Of a stretch of 32,000 nt of DNA, positions 28,771-32,000 are shown piece after piece; position 1 is the first letter of the stretch, and every line of letters begins with the position of its first letter. The notes under the pieces were generated by a model, which worked only from the letters and a program-made list of their open reading frames with translations, was not told the DNA's origin and ran no database searches. Both the position numbers and the translations under genes were made by a program. Source of the stretch: Synechocystis sp. PCC 6803 substr. PCC-P (lineage in GTDB: Bacteria > Cyanobacteriota > Cyanobacteriia > Cyanobacteriales > Microcystaceae); NCBI RefSeq assembly GCF_000284455.1, contig NC_017039.1:2670001-2702000 (forward strand). The letters run 5' to 3'.

Positions 28771-29535
28771 TTAATTGACACCGCCCAGTATAGGTGCCAA
28801 TTGCTGACGGAGATTAGCCGGATAATTAACCACTGCCCCGATGACCACGATCGCCGGGGCTTGAAAATTTTCTACTTCAATCTGGGCCAAAATGGTGGCA
28901 AAAGTGCCAACTAGTTTCTGTTGTTCTGGACAGGTTCCCCAACGAATTAGGGCAATGGGAGTATCTTCCCCCAACCCCGCCAGCATTAACTGGGGCAAAA
29001 TGGTGGCCAAACTGTACACCCCCATATAAATCACAATGGTTTCCGAGCCCTTGGCGATCGCCGCCCAATTGACTTCAGGCCGATATTTTCCCGCCGATTC
29101 ATGGCCCGTGACAAAGGTGACGGAGGAACTGTAAGCCCGATGGGTGAGGGGAATTTGAGCGTAGGCAGGGGCAGCAATGCCCGCTGTAATGCCCGGTACC
29201 ACTTCCACCTCAATGCCAGCTTTGACTAGGTCTTCCATCTCTTCCCCCCCCCGGCCAAAAATAAATGGATCTCCCCCTTTCAAGCGCACCACCACGGCGT
29301 GTTTTTCAGCTAATTGCGCCAATAACTGTGTAGTTTCTGACTGTAATTTGGTGTGTCTGCCCCTCCTTTTGCCTGCATCAATCAATTCGGCTTGGGGATT
29401 AACCATAGCTAAAATAGCTGTACTCACCAAAGCGTCATAGACCACTGCTTCGGCATTTTCCAACAAAGTTTTACCCTTAACAGTTATCAAGCCAGGATCC
29501 CCAGGCCCCGCTCCAACTAAATACACTTTGCCCAT
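28771..29535 (-). CDS. cobA: Uroporphyrinogen-III C-methyltransferase
   Basis: MGKVYLVGAGPGDPGLITVKG, VVRLKGGDPFIFGRGGEE, VVPGITAGIAAPAYAQIPLTHR. Confidence 0.93.
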   Translation of the reverse strand: MGKVYLVGAGPGDPGLITVKGKTLLENAEAVVYDALVSTAILAMVNPQAELIDAGKRRGRHTKLQSETTQLLAQLAEKHAVVVRLKGGDPFIFGRGGEEMEDLVKAGIEVEVVPGITAGIAAPAYAQIPLTHRAYSSSVTFVTGHESAGKYRPEVNWAAIAKGSETIVIYMGVYSLATILPQLMLAGLGEDTPIALIRWGTCPEQQKLVGTFATILAQIEVENFQAPAIVVIGAVVNYPANLRQQLAPILGGVN

Positions 29536-29757
29536 CAATCCGTTTTGCAACCTAACAACCACCCTTTGTAGAAATTATAGAGATAGAAAAATATTCAACA
29601 GTTTTTAGAGCCTGTTTTAAAAGCCCCTCTGGCCCCTCAAATTAGGAGGAATACTGAGTGAAAGTCCCCCATTATTGGGGAATTTAGGGGGCGGAATAAA
29701 ACTTTTTAAACACGTTCTTACGTCATTCACGTCAAATTTTTAACATTTTACCAGAGG

Positions 29758-32000
29758 CTATTTACCCACTAAAGTTTCCATTTTTGTTTCTGGTAAAGCC
29801 CCTTGCATCTTGCCAAACCAGTCAATTAAATTATCCATTTGCTTAGCTGGGGCCAACACTCCTAAACCCCGCACCACCACTTTTTTGGCACTGTAAACAA
29901 AGCGGGACTGGAGATGATTGGGTAAATTTTCCGCTAATAATTTCCAAGCGGGTTCCTCCATGGGCGTTTCCAAGACAAGATTTTGTTTACCCTCCACTTT
30001 AATGCGAGAAAAGCCTAAGGATTTGGCTAAATGCTTGAGCTTAACCACTTTAAATAATTCCTCCACCGGACTTGGTAACATACCATACCGATCGCCCCAA
30101 TCCAAGGCAATTTTCGGCAACTCATCAGTGGATTCAATGCTAGTAATGCGACGATAGGCGGCCATTTTTTCTTCTAAATCGGGAATGTAGTCGCTGGGAA
30201 TAAAGGCAGTGAGAGGTAAATCTATTTGGGTATCTTCCACTTTGGGAATTTCCTGACCCTGGATTTCTTTAATGGCATCTTGCAACATCTCCATATAAAA
30301 CTCATAACCGATCGCCTCCATTTGCCCCGATTGTTCTGCACCCAAAAGATTACCTACGCCCCGAATTTCCATATCCCTAGTGGCCAGTTGATAACCGGAA
30401 CCAAGTTGGCTGAATTCTTGCAATGCCCGCAGTCTTAATCTAGCTTTTTCCGTTAACTGTTTTTGGTTAGGATAGAGCAACCAAGCATGGGCTTGAATAC
30501 CCGATCGCCCTACCCGACCCCGCAGTTGATAAAGTTGGGCCAAGCCAAATTTTTGGGCATCTTCAACAATAATTGTGTTTACCCTGGGAATATCCAAACC
30601 AGCTTCGATGATAGTAGTACAAACTAAAATGTCCGCCTCACCATCATTGAAAGCTAACATAGTACTTTCCAACTCAGATTCCTCCATTTGACCATGACCA
30701 ATGGCAATGCGAGCACTGGGCACCATTTGTCGCAGTTGTCCTCCCAATTCCTCAATACCTTCAATGCGAGGCACGACATAAAAAACCTGCCCACCCCGGT
30801 CTAGCTCGTTACGAATGGCGGTGCGAATTACTTCGGGATTGTAGGGAGATAAATGGGTTTTAATGGGGCGACGGGAAGGTGGCGGTGTGGTAATCAGACT
30901 CATTTCCCGAATGCCGGAAAGGGACATATAAAGGGTACGGGGAATGGGAGTTGCCGTTAGGGTTAATACATCTACTTCCGTTTTCAGGGTCTTAATTTTT
31001 TCCTTTTGGTTAACACCAAAGCGCTGTTCTTCGTCAATAACTAAAAGTCCTAAATCTTTAAATTTTACCGATGTACCTAATACCTGTTGGGTACCTACCA
31101 CAATATCTAATTCACCACTTTTTAACTTGGCTAAAATCTCCTTTTTCTCCGAAGCAGTGCGAAAACGATTCAGTAAACCAATGGTGATGGGATAGGGAGC
31201 AAATCTTTCTTTAAGGGTGTGGTAATGCTGTTGGGTTAACACCGTGGTGGGAGCTAGTAAAGCCACCTGTTTATTGCCACTGGTCACGGCCTTAAAAATG
31301 GCCCGCACCGCCACTTCTGTTTTGCCAAAGCCCACATCCCCACACACTAATCTATCCATCGGGCGATCTCCTTCCAAATCCCTTTTCACATCCTGTACTG
31401 CTTTTAGTTGATCGGGGGTGGGTTGGTAGGGGAAAGAATCTTCCAATTCCTGTTGCCAGGGACTATCCGGCGGATAGGCATAACCCACCTGTTTTGCCCG
31501 CTTAGCATAAAGATTGAGCAAATCAACGGCCAATTTTTTAACTGCTTTGCGGACTTTATTTTTGGTGGCTTCCCACACTTTACCGCCCATTTTATGCAGT
31601 TCGGGAGGTCTAGTTCCCGTATGGCGAAAGCGGGATAAACTGTCCAAACTATCGGCGGGCACCCGCAAAATGCCGTCGGCATATTGGATCATTAAATATT
31701 CCCGATTAGCCAACGCATCCAACTTCAAAAATTTGCCAATGCCATGACTTTTGTGGACTACATAATCCCCAGGGGAAAGTTTATTAATGTCAACTTGTTT
31801 AGACGTAGCCCGTCGCCGTTTCCGCACATATTCCGGTGTAGCTAAAGCATGCTGACCAAATAATTCTCGATCCGTGACTAAAACTAAACGAAAGGTCGGT
31901 AAGATAAACCCTTCTAATTCCGCTAATCCTGAATACTTTAACGTCACCGCTGTCCGTTGAATCTGACTTTTTTCAATGGCAGGATAATCCCTCGGATTGG
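29758..32000 (-). CDS. mfd: Transcription-repair coupling factor Mfd (C-terminal part; N-terminus beyond window)
   Basis: [58 protein letters not shown]. Frame remains open to window end; the ORF track start 31947 is an internal GTG. Confidence 0.96.

Noticed and set aside
1-32000. CRISPR arrays, insertion sequences, prophage or toxin-antitoxin / defense islands
   Set aside because: No regularly spaced repeats, transposase or integrase motifs, or recognised defense proteins were seen on either strand.

Overview
Chromosomal window from a Synechocystis-type cyanobacterium. Dozens of HIP1 palindromes (GCGATCGC) are visible, and the gene content matches my memory of Synechocystis sp. PCC 6803 (not verified by search). 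The supported backbone is: a 5'-truncated minus-strand PP2C phosphatase with an N-terminal zinc ribbon, divergent from a vWA protein; D-Ala-D-Ala carboxypeptidase (PBP4 type); a small CxxC protein; a nitrilase-family amidohydrolase; metG; a LabA/NYN protein; dgt; a DUF1361 membrane protein; an OmpR-family regulator; a histidine-phosphatase protein; a Na+/H+ antiporter with a UspA-like C-terminal region; a DUF29-like protein; a gyrA paralog with a metallophosphoesterase overlapping its stop; a Ni/Co ECF transporter operon; pirA (a 51-aa gene missing from the ORF track); a GT4 glycosyltransferase; lpxA; an alpha/beta hydrolase; uroporphyrinogen-III C-methyltransferase; and the C-terminal part of mfd. 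I found no CRISPR array, rRNA, recognisable tRNA, complete IS element or prophage. The most interesting items are: (1) the zinc ribbon / possible pseudokinase / PP2C protein divergent from a MIDAS-containing vWA gene, a TerY-P-like arrangement; (2) the pirA promoter, where a perfect GTA-N8-TAC NtcA box covers the -35, with a strong terminator after the gene; (3) an OmpR-family regulator with the phospho-acceptor Asp replaced by Asn; (4) a gyrA paralog with a degenerate GyrA box; (5) a small secreted protein whose promoter has an inverted repeat at the -35 position. I do not see strong evidence for a wholly new defense or mobile system here.
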